Shown: positions 11,213-23,991 of the stretch, piece by piece
Numbering within the stretch: the first letter of the stretch is position 1
Layout: each line of letters starts with the position of its first letter
NCBI RefSeq assembly: GCF_018350175.1
Contig: NC_058383.1
Span: 5,706,001-5,770,000, forward strand
Direction of reading: 5' to 3'
Source of the DNA: Felis catus
Lineage: Eukaryota
DNA length: 64,000 nucleotides
Translations under genes and position numbers: made by a program
The notes under the pieces: generated by a model
Database searches by the model: none
What the model saw: the letters and a program-made list of their open reading frames with translations, nothing else
What the model was told of the DNA's origin: nothing

Positions 11213-12393
11213 CTGTTAAAACTGAGCACGGCAGCGACTGCTTTTCAAAGAGCGATAACATGGCAAGTTCACAACAGCAAACCCCAGAAAGCCACCCACT
11301 CCTGTCTGCCAGCGATCCTTCCACTTCAGCTCCACGCGCCGTATCTCCGAGCCTTAGTCTTCGCCTGGACCCACGGACGGATGGGCGGGGAACAGCGAGG
11401 AGCAGAAGCAGAACCGCGGCCTGAGGCCCCTCACCAAGGACGACCCTTGAGGCTAAACGCTCTTCCCCACGCAGAGAGGACACACAGAGGCCAAGCCTCA
11501 CCCGTGCTCTGAGGTAATCAGAGGCCAGCTGATGCATCACCAGAGGGTCTGATGCCTTCCTCGCCCTCCTCTCCCAACATGAATCCCAAGGCAGGGCGGG
11601 ATCTACTCAAACCCCACTGCCCACGCTCTGGGTTGCAAGGAACAAGAGGAGACTGGAAATGCAGCTGTTCTCGCCGTGTTCACTTACTGAACCCTCCCTA
11701 ATCAATGTCGTCCACGCTTTTGATGCTTCGCAGCTTCTGAGGGAAGGACTAGTTATCATCCACAGTGACTCAATGGCATCACAGCTAGCACGTGGCCTAG
11801 CTGGGCACCAGATGTGGGTGGCCTGACCCCACAGCCCGGACTTTGTACATTTCTGTCTCCCTTGGAGCGTGGGCTGATACTTCCCACTCCAAAGAAACAA
11901 AATAGCCATTCTGAAAATCTCCTCTCCCGTTTCACCCAGGACAGGGCTGCAAACGCTGCAGTCTGTGGCTCTCTCTAGCCCATGGCTTGAAGGCCATGAC
12001 TTTCATGAGTGAGCCTGTGAGACACCTATCACAGAGAGAGGGGTCTCTGGTGTCAAAAACTCTGCACAGAGCAGAGCCTAACCAAAGCTGCCTGAAATGT
12101 CTGCAAACAGTAACTGGTCCTGATTTATTGAAACAGCATCAACAGAAATTTAAGCAGTGAGAACTTAAGTGTTCAGAAAGCATGAAGTTCTGTTAGAGAT
12201 GATGAAAAACGCTGATTATAATTCAAACCAAGCCTACTGGTAAGATTAATAACCATAATTTTGTTATGGGAACTTTAATAATTTGTTTTATTGAAAAAAG
12301 AAATTTTATTACAATTGCCACTTAAATGGCACTCAGTGTGGAGGCTCTTTGTACGTTATATTTTAAAATGTAATACCTTTCTTTAAAAAAAAA

Positions 12394-12620
12394 ATTTTTT
12401 TTAATGTTAATTTTTGAGAGAGAGAGAGAGAGAGAGAGAGGCAGAGCACGAGCGGGGGAGGGACAGGGTGAGAGAGGGAGACACAGAATCCGAAGCAGGC
12501 TCTAGGCTCTGAGCTGTCAGCACAGAGCCTGATGTGGAGCTCAAACCCACGAACTGAGAGATCAAGACATGAGCCGAACAGGAGTCAGATGCCCAACCGA
12601 CTGAGCCACCCAGATGCCCC
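12394..12620 (-). mobile_element. CAN-SINE
   Basis: Reverse SINE consensus; TSD-like TAAAATGTAAYACCTTTC on both sides. Confidence 0.9.
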
Positions 12621-12845
12621 TAAAATGTAACACCTTTCAATAGCACAATTACTCTATATAAACATGAATCAGTACATGGAATTAGTATGTGTTAAAGTGT
12701 CACTTATAAAATGTCTTATGGTTTTATAATAAACCCGTACCTTTATTTATTTTGAAGTGTAAGTTCCAATAAGGCAATGCTGAATTCTACTTCATGGTAA
12801 CATTTATCCAAAATATTAAAAAAAATTTAAAAAGTTATTTAAAAA

Positions 12846-13060
12846 GGGGCACCTGGGTGGCTCAGTCAGTTGAGCGTCCGACTTCGGCTCAGGTTATGAT
12901 CTCACAGTTTGTGAGTTCGAGCCGTGCGTCAGGCTCTGTGCAGACAGCTCAGAGCCTAGAGCCTGCTTCAGATCCTGTGTCTCCCTCTCTCTCTGCCCCT
13001 TCCCCGCTCATGCTCTATCTCTCAAAAATGAATAAATGTTAAAAAAAATTAAAAAAAAAA
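12846..13060 (+). mobile_element. CAN-SINE ending ~35 nt from the exon 9 donor
   Basis: SINE consensus; TSD-like TATTTAAAAAG. Confidence 0.9.
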
Positions 13061-13094
13061 GGTATTTAAAAAGAAATCAAAATAAATATCTTAC

Positions 13095-13242
13095 CTGTTG
13101 AATTCTTTATCCTTTCTGAATTCTGTGCAACTGCTGTTGGGTTATTAAACATATCAATCAAAGGACTGGTATATGCTCTGGCTGAAGGAGCTGGGGGCAC
13201 CTTTGGTGAATATTTAGAAAGGGTGTCATAATCTTTCCCAAC
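13095..13242 (-). CDS. BAIAP2L1: BAIAP2L1 exon 9 (148 nt, Pro/Tyr-containing linker)
   Basis: [49 protein letters not shown]; cag acceptor, gtaaga donor. Confidence 0.96.
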
Positions 13243-13789
13243 CTGTGAAAAATTCCTTATTAGTTTAATATTAGTGTAACACAGCAATGGACTTACAGAG
13301 ATTTCCAGGGCTGTTGGAACATGTTTTAAATTCCACTTTCTTCCCCAAATTCTCTTAGTTGGGTGGTAATGCCCTATTCTGAATTATTTCAAGATTATCA
13401 CATTCTTTTCTTCATTTTGTCTTTTTTTTTTTTAAGGCAATTACTCCCCATTTCCCACATCCCCTGGCAACCACTAATCTACTTTCTGTCTCTATGGATT
13501 TTAGGGTCCTCTCTAGGTCTATAGGATTTGTCTTCTTGGCTACAGAATTCTACACTTGAAATAATTTTTCCAAAGAATTTTGAGTGCATTGCTCCTTTAA
13601 TTTCTAACATCTTGTTTTGGTAACAAGAAATCTGGTACCATTAGTGTTCTCTTTTCTTTGTGAGTAATTTACTTTCCCCCCTCCCGGAAATTCTTAGAAT
13701 TTTCTCTTTGCCTCTTTCTGCAACTTGACCACGATCTATTGAGGTTTGTTTTTTTCCTCTTGTCCAGGCTCACTCATTCAGTGTTAAAG

Positions 13790-14125
13790 AGCAGGCAGGG
13801 TCTACTGCAGTAACTTCTGCAGGGACCATAGTCAGGGCAACAGAGGGGGAGAAGTGGATGGCCTTGAATATACCTGGAAGGTGGAAACAACAGGGCATGC
13901 CTGTGGGTTGGCTGTGACTGGGGAGGGGGAGGGGGAGGGGGAGAGGGAGGGAGGGCGGAGTCCACATTTGTGCCTGAGCTACTGAAAGGATGGAGCTGCC
14001 ATTTCCTGGATGGAAAAGACTGGAGAAGCATGTTTAGAGTGAGAAAATCAATCGTGTGGTTTTGGACAAGCTGAATTTGAGATCCCTATTAGACATCTGG
14101 TGATTCTAAGAAGGCAACTGGGTAT
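13790..14125 (-). mobile_element. L2 fragment with a short (GGGGGA)n tract
   Basis: L2-like TTTTGGACAAGCTGAATTTGAGATCCCTATTAGACATC. Confidence 0.6.
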
Positions 14126-15724
14126 CTCCAACCTGTCTAACATTAAGTTTACATCCTCTCTTTTGTTTGGCATTTTGGGAGAGCTCTTTGGCTTAATTTT
14201 CTAAGCAGTTCCATTCTGCTAACAAGCCCGTCTACTGGTGTGGGGTTTTCTTGTTTTTTTTGTGGAGGGAGGAAGGGGAGGGAGAAATTTAAAAACCTAT
14301 TTTAGAAGAATTTCAAGCAAGTACAAAAGTAGGAAGAAGAGCACAATAAATCTTTATGTACCCAACACCCAGCTTCAACAGTTACAAATTCATGGCCACT
14401 ACTGTTTCATATACGCCACACCCATCTTCCCCCATGCCTGGATTATGCTGAAGCAAATCCCAGACATTTCAATTATAAATCATAATCCAATTTTTACTTT
14501 CCAAAATCTCTAGTTGATTTTTCCCTGGGGATGTAATATCTTTTCATCTCTTTCTTAAGATTTCTCCTCCACTATTTCCTCTGTTGCCTCCAATATTGGC
14601 CATTCTGGTTTTTGTTTCTTTTGGTGTATCTTTTTATGGTATTGGTTTTCCTTACTTGCTCAGTGATTCCTGGTTATCTGTCCATCTTGGTATCTTACAG
14701 CATTCTCTATTCTTTTCACTCTTTATGGTAGTATGGATTTTGCCTGTTCTCCTTATCACAGGCTACCTACAGTGGGGTAGAGGACAGGGAAGATACTTCC
14801 AGGAGCATGTATGACCTCTGCAGTGAAAACATGGTGCTTTGGCCAGTAGACCAAATCCCTGTTGCCTACTGTTCATTCAGCGCAAGTGGGACATTCAGCG
14901 CAAGTGAGACAGTGGGGAAGAAACCGACCAACTTAGAGGATGCGAATCATACAGGAATGTAATGTCCCGGGTTCTCCACCGCTTCTTGCAAACCATTGAC
15001 TCTGAGCTTACTGCTCCGCCCTCTGCTGCAGTCTTGCCCTGCACATGCTCAGAGCTAAGGTTTCCTTCTCTTTTGATTCTCCACACACTGATCTTGCCTT
15101 TCTTTTAGACTCCTTTAGGGTTGTTGGCCCACTGACAGCAGCTTCTCTTACTCCCCACGCAGTTATGGATTTATTCTGTAGGTTGCTGACTGGTCTTTAG
15201 CATCTCTGCTATCATTTCAGAGGTTAGGGTGGACTCATGTATCCAAACTACCCACTGGAAACAAATCTCCACACGTCTGCACAAAGTACTAAAACCCGGG
15301 TTCAAAGAACAGCAAACTACAATGCTTGACTGCATTACCTTAAATACTGGGGTGGCCATATTTTTTTTTCCAGTACCAGATTATGTTGTGATGAATGGCA
15401 CCAGAGTTTTGCTAATTATTCTCTAAGACACCTACACTTCCTTCACTACGAGTAAACATACAAATTTTGAATCATTACAATTAAAAACAGTAACAATAAC
15501 ATTTCCAAAACAAAGATAACAGTGGTATCCACAGCACTACACACTGCTAACCATTGCACAGCCAGTGTCAAATCTAAAGGCAAGGGGATACAAGTGAGAA
15601 AAGGCAGGCCCTAGAATAAAGGAAGCCCTGTGATTCCCACTAACAAAAGCCTTGGTCCTCCGTGCAAATTTGGCCCAAATCGTATTAGTAAATGTGAAAT
15701 CTTGGGGAGAAAACCAGTTCCTAC

Positions 15725-15892
15725 CATGTTGCTTCTCTCGATCATTGGTGAAGGCTGAGGTGTTCCGGACACTGGGGTAGAGACTGGGGTCTTAATTTCT
15801 TCTATCATATTCATGATTTTCTCAGGTACTTTGGTAGCATCCCCACAGGTCTCCTGCCACCTAGGCAGTTTGGAATTGAGTAATTCTGCAGA
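15725..15892 (-). CDS. BAIAP2L1: BAIAP2L1 exon 8 (168 nt)
   Basis: [56 protein letters not shown]; tag acceptor, gtagga donor. Confidence 0.96.
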
Positions 15893-17622
15893 CTATAAAT
15901 CCAAAAGAAACACAACTAAACACAAACATGTATTGCTCAAAGAGCTGAGAAAAGTTACATCAACTATCAGTGATAATGTTTTACTGACTTACTACCACAA
16001 GTCTGAGACATTGTGTTAAATCCAGTGAACATTTAACCATCTCTGAGCATCTGCCCTGGGTTACTGGCTGAGAAAGATTAGGCTCCTTTTCTACAGGAGC
16101 TTCTCCATTCCCACAGCATGAATGCAGAGTTTAAGACTACTACAAGAATTGTAAATGATGAAGAACAAGCTCAAACACCAAAAGGGAGGCTTGAGCAATC
16201 TTATTAAGCCCTACTGTTTCCCCAGTGGCCTCAGAAATGCCAATCAGTGCTTTCTTCCTCTTACTCCTGAGAGAGGGCAAAGCCCTCACCCCAACCCTTC
16301 TACGCCCTCAGACTGTAACCCTGACACACCAACTGCTTGGGCCTGCTTTATCCAAGGAGCCCCTGAAAGGACTGGGACACCGCAGCCAGGAAAAGGGAAG
16401 GCACAAGAGCAGTTTTCAGAAAGGTGATGTGACTTCCAATCGAGAAAAGAAGTAGACTTAGTTTATGCTACGAAGCATAGCTGGGATCCAAAGTTAACCA
16501 TAAGAAAGAGTCTGCCACCAACTAGAGCTCTCTGGAAACAGGCCAGGTTGCCTTGTGTCACAGTGAGTATCCCTTCAGTGGCAAGGCTTTGCTGTAGGAA
16601 GAGAGCTTCACGGTCACTTGGCCTATTGACCCTGGCCCAGCAGGGCACCCTCACCATGGAAAATGACTCTGCCAAAACTAGTACAGATGCACTGTTGACA
16701 AACGTGATCATCTAATACTGCAATTCTTTCTTGTAACAATGTTAGACCTTAGGAATTTAGATTTGGTAGATGAGTAGTCCTTAAAGTTGCAAACACTTTA
16801 TAAAATATGTAACATTTGCATGATGCATACAGATAGGGCCAAGTTGTTTCCCCCGAAAAAGAGGACACTGCCTTATATGCAAGTGCTTACAAAGCTTCTA
16901 CCATGGAGCAATCTCTAAATTACATTACAAATAACAATGAATATTTGACTTCACTCAATGCTAATTTTGGATGCTTACAAAGGCCCAATAAAATTTATAA
17001 TTTAAAAAGACGGGAAAGGGAAATAACACATATTTTGTAATGCTTTCTGGGGGCATAACCTCAAAACTATGTGTGCTGGAAGCAGGGCCATAAAGCCAGT
17101 TATTCAGTTGATGAGATCACGAGGAAACACCTTGAGGAGGATAAAAAAGTAACCACAACAACTGTCTCGATGCTGGGACAGAACTTCCAGGGACACTTCT
17201 GTACATGGACTCCCAAGGTGAATATCACAAACCACCCAGGTGGGCTGGACTTGGGGCCCACTGGGACCCATCCCACAGCTCTGGTGAGGACACTGATGCT
17301 GAGGATGCATCAGAGAGAGTCTGAGAAAAGCAGACTCATAGGTGAGAAAAGAAAAAGTGCTGTTTCTCAATTATTAAGCATTTTATGAAATATTTTAAAT
17401 ATGGATATATTACTTAAATATTATAAGCAACATTTGACCATTTCATCCACGTTTCTGAAAGTTTACATATTCAAGTTGGCCAAAACTATTTCTTTGGAGT
17501 CTTCTCATTGGCAAAATAGGTCCATCACTTTACACTGAGGCACATATGGAAGGTAAGTAATTTCTAGGGCATTTGAATATGAAATTATTAATAATGCAAC
17601 ACAACTTGCCATCTGAACCCAC

Positions 17623-17775
17623 CTGTAAATGATAATAATGTAAGTGATTTGCAAAGCTACAGTGTTTGTCAACCAGAAAGCAGAAGCGCCTTTTCTCTTC
17701 AAGCAGAGCTTCTTTGCACCCATCTGCAATAAATTTCTGGATGTCGCTCTGGCGAGAAGTAACGGTTTCTACATA
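17623..17775 (-). CDS. BAIAP2L1: BAIAP2L1 exon 7 (153 nt, I-BAR)
   Basis: [51 protein letters not shown]; tag acceptor, gtgggt donor. Confidence 0.96.
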
Positions 17776-18069
17776 CTAGGAAAATAAATAATAATTATAC
17801 AAGTATGACATGAGGAATCAGAGCTGAACAGCCAGACGTTTATCTTCCATCATCTTTACACTTGGTTTATTTTGATAATGGAATAAATACTAAATGCAGA
17901 TAAACATTAGATAAAATAACAAAGTTGTAGCCTGATCTGAGCAGGTATTATCATTCTCATTAAGATCCCTGACTCATGTGCAGAAGAACGTTGCCAAAGG
18001 CCTTCCACTCTGTGCTGGGCAATTTACACAAAATATTACTTTATGTTTCAGGGACAGGATTGTGTTCTG

Positions 18070-18200
18070 TTGGAAAATCAACGGCTTTAGAACCAGAAAC
18101 TTCGGATTCAAACCACAGTTCTAAGTATCAACCATGTGACTTAGCCTAAGCCTCATTTTCTTCATCTGTAAAATGGGGATAGTAATGCTAACCACCCTGA
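18070..18200 (+). mobile_element. MIR SINE
   Basis: GCCTCATTTTCTTCATCTGTAAAATGGGGATAGTAAT core. Confidence 0.75.
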
Positions 18201-18417
18201 ATCGGGAAAAAATGCCCATGTTCTTAGGAGGCTACTAATTATCCTCGACTCTGGAAAACTGTGGCCTTAAGCTCATACCAACTCAAAAATGCTCATAAGC
18301 TTCAACAGCAGCAGAGCAGTGAGCAGATGAAAGTATACGCTGAGTGAGGTAAGTAAGCTTCCCTGTAAACTGCACAAATCAACAACAAAGTAAAGAAAAA
18401 AGTGCTGAAAAGTTCAC

Positions 18418-18555
18418 CTCAATTTCTTTGTGTTCATATTTGAGCGCATTTCGTCCTCCTTGACTTTTCCTTCTGATCTTCTTCAACTCTGCTTGAGATT
18501 TCTCCAAAGAATCTAATTTATTCCTGTGTTCTGTTTGGTATCTTTTAAGAGTTGC
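18418..18555 (-). CDS. BAIAP2L1: BAIAP2L1 exon 6 (138 nt, I-BAR basic patch)
   Basis: [46 protein letters not shown]; cag acceptor, gtgaac donor. Confidence 0.96.
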
Positions 18556-19774
18556 CTGTAAGTGAAATGTTGTGCTTGTTTTAGTGTAGCACCATATAAA
18601 CTGTTGGGCAGTTACTGCTGCCAATATTTCCACTGGACGTGGCCCTGCACACCCGTTGCCTCCCTTCCACTTCAACGTGTGACTTTGTCCTCAAGTTCCC
18701 CGTTCACAGAAGGGGCCACTGACCACAAGGGCAGCTCCTATAGGATAACAATGTCTCTTATTTCTTGTTTTCTCCAATGTTTTAGAACACTGAGTGGTAA
18801 GTACTTTGGGGAATAAAAAACAATTTAATGTTCCTGACTGTTTTATGACTTACAGTTTTAAGAAACAAAATTAACAATTGCAATCACAACCAATTATTTT
18901 GGGTGCTGTGTAGCGAAGTGTTTGGGGAGCCTAATAGAACTAGGTCAGAATTCTGGCATCATCCTTCATTTCCTGTGTGATCTCAGCAATTATTTAATTT
19001 CTCTAAAACCCATGTTCTCCCTTTAATCTGTACAGTGAGGATAAGAAGAGTATCTACATAAAGAGTTTCTATAGGGATACACATCAGATAATGTATGGAA
19101 AATGCTTGCCATTACATCTACCTCAGCAGCTTTTCGAGGTCCCTCCAGAGTGCACACAGGGGCAGCAGGGAGATTTCAGGTAACCTACACTGCTTACTGC
19201 CACATGGGGTCTTGATGAGAAAGGGGCTTTGGGTGGCAAAGAAAGTAGCTACTCTACAGCAGGTAAGGGAGGTGGAAAGAGCCCTGTGTGTGGAGGGTCA
19301 GGCAGACGGAGAAAACTGCTGGAATCATCAGTACCGGGTGACAGGCAAGGGACACCATGCAGGAGCAGTCTGTGATGACTGGGAGAACACCAAGCACGTC
19401 TCACGTCCTCAAGTGCTGGTTTGTGAAAGCAACAGCTGCACTAATACAGATGCAGATGCCATCCCCATGTGTGTGTACTTTGAAAACAATGCTTTCTAGA
19501 AGCAAGATTCCTTGCAATATTTTCCTCTATGCTTTTTAATAAAGATCGCAGGTGTTAATGCAAATGGAGCCCTGGAAGGCACCTTGTCTATTTCATGCAT
19601 CTGTGTATATACTCAATACTAATCTCTATCCGTATTTGCTGCTGCTGGATAGACAGTGAGAGAAAGTTCTCCTAGGGCTTAGAGACCAGGCAAGCGTAGC
19701 CTCCTGGGAAAGCCAGGCCCCCGTGCCCCACACCTACCTCCACCCACGGAGGTGGAGCAAAACCGTGTACTCAC

Positions 19775-19846
19775 ATTCATGTATTTTACATCAAGTTCTG
19801 TCTTCTTCTCCAGCTCATGTATAATCTCTTTATGGAATTTTTTGAA
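19775..19846 (-). CDS. BAIAP2L1: BAIAP2L1 exon 5 (72 nt, I-BAR)
   Basis: [24 protein letters not shown]; aag acceptor, gtgagt donor; 107-nt intron from exon 4. Confidence 0.95.
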
Positions 19847-19953
19847 CTTTTAACAAAAGAAAATGAAAAATTCACATCAGCTTTGAGTCTTTAAGCAAAA
19901 CAAATTTTTAATGTAAAATAAATATATTTTATAAGTATCAAAAGTTTACATAC

Positions 19954-20015
19954 GTTTTCATCAAGATTCTCATTGAGTTTCTTGTGGGTACTTGAAATCT
20001 CTATGAGAACTTGGC
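19954..20015 (-). CDS. BAIAP2L1: BAIAP2L1 exon 4 (62 nt, I-BAR)
   Basis: (G)QVLIEISSTHKKLNENLDEN; cag acceptor, gtatgt donor. Confidence 0.96.
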
Positions 20016-20331
20016 CTGTGAATAAAACCAGATGTTGGGGGGAGGGGGGAGAGTCACTGGGTGGATTTTGTAAAGATATTAAAGTAAGTAAAGTAATGGA
20101 ATGAAGCACAGTCTATCACTGCCCTCAATGCCTGGAAGCATCAGGCCCTGTGGCCTGTCACAAACACTGACTTCACACCCATGGCAGGGTGGGTTCCAGA
20201 GGGACACAGCCCCTAGCAAACTCACTCCACAACATTGTTCACCCAAAGAATGCCAACTTTTGTCTTCAAATTCACATCATGCTTTCTATATTTATTCCCT
20301 CCCTAAGTGGAATCTTATTTATCTGATTTAA

Positions 20332-20558
20332 TTTTTTTTTTTTGAATTTTTTTTTCAACGTTTATTTATTTTTGGGACAGAGAGAGACAGAGCATGAACG
20401 GGGGAGGGGCAGAGAGAGAGGGAGACACAGAATCGGAAACAGGCTCCAGGCTCCGAGCCATCAGCCCAGAGCCTGACGCGGGGCTCGAACTCACGGACCG
20501 CGAGATCGTGACCTGGCTGAAGTTGGACGCTTAACCGACTGCGCCCCCAGGCGCCCCC
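20332..20558 (-). mobile_element. Very young felid CAN-SINE
   Basis: CpG-intact, near consensus, TSD TGATTTAATTTTT. Confidence 0.95.
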
Positions 20559-21371
20559 TGATTTAATTTTTAAATTCACTTACAAAAGATTATCATGGTC
20601 ATTATAGTAACTACCTATAGGAACAAATGACTTATTTTTATCTAATCCCCAGAGTAATCTGATTATCTGTCAGGCATAAAAGATAAAGGTTATTTTTTCT
20701 CTCATTCTTGTGTCCTTTCGGAAAATATTAACGCCATGGGAAAATGCAGCAGGGACAGTGCTCTGCCTCGTATCTCCCGGGACTACACCAAGTCTCTGAC
20801 ACAAGTACAGTCACAGGACAGAAGAGAATGTTCCAGGACTAAGGAGCCTTACTCCAAAGGCAGTAGGATGATCATTTGATTTGCAAAGCACATCTCTGGC
20901 AGTTTGAGGCAGTGTGATAGACATGTTGACCGTGAGGTACCTACTGGGACATACGTGTTCAGGAAGCAGTTGAATTTCTTCAACTCTGATAAAGGTGAAC
21001 AAGAGCCTCTCTCTCCCTGCTCATTTATCTATAGGAACCAAATGGGTCTGATACCTAAGACCTGGCAGATATGGAATCATCTGGAATAACCACCAGACCA
21101 TATTAAATAAAAACAAAATGTGCTGGGTAGGTCCCCTACAGTTCAGTGGATATAGATAGAAAGGAATTCCTTGGGTGAACTGAAAGGCTGTAGATGAAGG
21201 AGAATTTAAATGAAGACTGTGGTGGGTATGGGAAAAGAGAAAGAATACCAACTAGACTATGACTTCAGCTGTCACCTTTACACAAATGACACTACAGTGC
21301 CCTGTTGTCGAAACAGTTTAAGACATCTGACTCTCAAACAGTCTAGGTTTCCCCCAATTCAACCCTTTTCT

Positions 21372-21608
21372 GGGGGCACCTGGGTGACTCATTCAGTGCA
21401 GCATCTGATTCTTGATACTGGCTCAGGTCATGATCTCATGGTTCATGAGATTGAGCCCAGCATCCAGCTTTGCACTGACAGCATGGAACCTGCTTGGGAT
21501 TCTCTATCTCTGCCCCTCCCCCAATTGTGCACGCTTTCATGCACATTTATTTATTTATTCTCTAAATAATCATTAAAAAAAATTAAGAAAAAAAAAAAGA
21601 AAAAAGAA
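21372..21608 (+). mobile_element. CAN-SINE
   Basis: SINE consensus with A-rich tail. Confidence 0.85.
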
Positions 21609-23804
21609 ATTCAATCCCTTCCTGAACACGTTTGTCCACCTGGATGTCCCAGGAGGTACGTCGTGGTCAACATGTCTAAAAGTGAGTTCACCCCATATTC
21701 TCTAGCCCCAGCTCTTGGCTGCCAGCTAGCCAGTCACAAGGGGTCGACAATTCACCCATGTGTCACACTCAATGACAAAGATGCAGTCCCTTGTGCATGT
21801 GGTGTCATCACTTGGGCCAACCTCTAGGGTGAAATCATGCCCCTTACTCATCTTGCTTCCTTGGGCAACAAATGTGCTGGCCCTTCCCTGCCGTGGAGAG
21901 AAGATATGTGGAAATAACAGTGAAATCTATGTGCACTCAATCATCTGTCCCAGGCCAAGTGGGGAAGAGTCACTGTAATCTGCCACCCAGCAACACATTC
22001 AAACCCACCAGTTGGACTAGGAGTGTCCCCCTGCCCATCATTTCTCTTTACTCCCAGTTTGTTCTCTTCTGGATCTTCTTCCTCACAGGTGCCAGAGATC
22101 CCTCAAAACCAGATGTAACATGTCATTCCCCTGGCCCCCACCCATGGTATCCCAGATAAACCACCTCCTCAGCATGAAGGCCACTGTGGACAATGCTGCT
22201 TAAGATAACCATGGCAGGTGGTGGGGACAGAGAATTTCCTGTAAGGACAGAACCTTACAAAGTTACAGATAGGTAACTCGTAAGCCCCTAAGCAGCCTGT
22301 GATTCTAGGAACCTCTAACAGAACAGCCTGCTGGATGAACCAAAGGGAGGGGGCAGACACACAGCCAGCCGCATCCCCACCACACCAAGTTATCAAGATA
22401 CCTACTCTCCATCCTTAATGACATTGACTTTATTTCTCCCATAATTACGTTCTCCTAAAGCTCAACATGAAATAATTCAGAGTTACCACAAAGGAAGCCT
22501 TCACATGCCCAAGAATATAATTATATTAAATGTCATTTTATCATTTAGTGATTTCAGACACTGAAATAGTCTGAGTTACTTTCACATCCATTTTAAAATC
22601 GTAAATAACTCTTGGCTACAGATGAAAAACAGTAACAAAAAAAAAACCCTACTTCAATTATTTGAAAATTAAGCACTCTATTCTTGGCAAGTCAGATCTA
22701 CTTTTTTTAAAAAGTCTAAAAATAATTGTGCTTAAATCACTCAGTGTGATTCAAGCTAGAATCAAAGCACTCACAATTTTTTTTTCATATGGTCATGAAC
22801 TTTATCTCTACAACCATATATAATGTGGATCTCTGAGAAGCATGTTGCCAAAACAAAAGCTTGTGCTAGTGTGGCACTCTTGTGAAAGCCAGCACTGCTG
22901 AACCTGGTGCTTGGTCTCGAGGCCCCTCCCAACTCGTGGTTTTCTCCCTGTAGGCAGCTGGGTGGAAAGGCTCACTGAAACAGCCCATTCACTCTGTGGC
23001 CAGGAGCAGAACACCCGACCTTATCCTGGTTATTCCTGTCCCTTACAGTTCGTGGAATTTAAATGCTGACTTTATAGCAGCAGCCACGGAGTCCTCGGTC
23101 AAAGAAGGATTAGAAAACATCTTTACTGTGATTATGGGAGCTGCCAAAAGTGTATCTTGAAACAGAAAATGAAAAGTCTTTATGTTCAATCTACAGAAGT
23201 TTATTCTTAAATATAGCAAGTGTTCCTTTATGTCTGAAACGTTGCATTGCACACGTTTATTTACTCTTAGCCCTGTAACCTAATTTTTCATAAATTACAT
23301 TTGAGAAGAAAAAAATTGTTTTGAAAAGGAGGGTGGAGCAGAGCCCAGATTCTAATGGAGCAGAACTAAACACACACCCAAACAGGAACCGATGTGCTGG
23401 TCCCAGAAATCACAGACCATATGTACTGATCAACCATTTCCTTTTTCCCTTTTAGGTTCTGAGTACACATTCTGGGAAGAAACACCCAAGTACAGTAATA
23501 TGACTCAGTCTGAGTAAATTATATTCTTAAATAGCATTACTAAAGGATTCACATATATACGTATTTCAAAATCATGAATTTGACATAACTAAAAGTTGAT
23601 GTCCACTATCAGTTTTAGGAACTTTGAATAAACATGTCCAATAATTTGGACAATACTATATAAAGATACGAATTTAAACTGAATGGATTTAAAAAGTTAA
23701 ATAACTAAAATTAAAGAGTATTACTTGTATGAACACATAAAAGTTTTCATTTGAAATACAGATTAGTTGTTGGACTGTTAATATATTTTCAACTAGATAA
23801 TTCA

Positions 23805-23991
23805 TTTTTTTAAAGTTTGAGAGCAAAAGACAGTGTGAGTCGGGGGAGGGGCAGAGAGAGAAGGAGAGAATCCCAAGCAGGCTCTGTGCTATCAGTGCAG
23901 AGCCTGATGTGGGGCTTGATCTCATGAACTGTGAGGTAATGACCTGCGAGGAAATCAACAGAAGCTCAACTCACTGAGCCACCAGGCACCC
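23805..23991 (-). mobile_element. CAN-SINE
   Basis: Reverse consensus; TSD-like CAACTAGATAATTC. Confidence 0.85.

Noticed and set aside
11065..11512. Plus-strand ORFs overlapping exon 10
   Set aside because: Antisense shadow of a GC-rich coding exon, with no recognisable product
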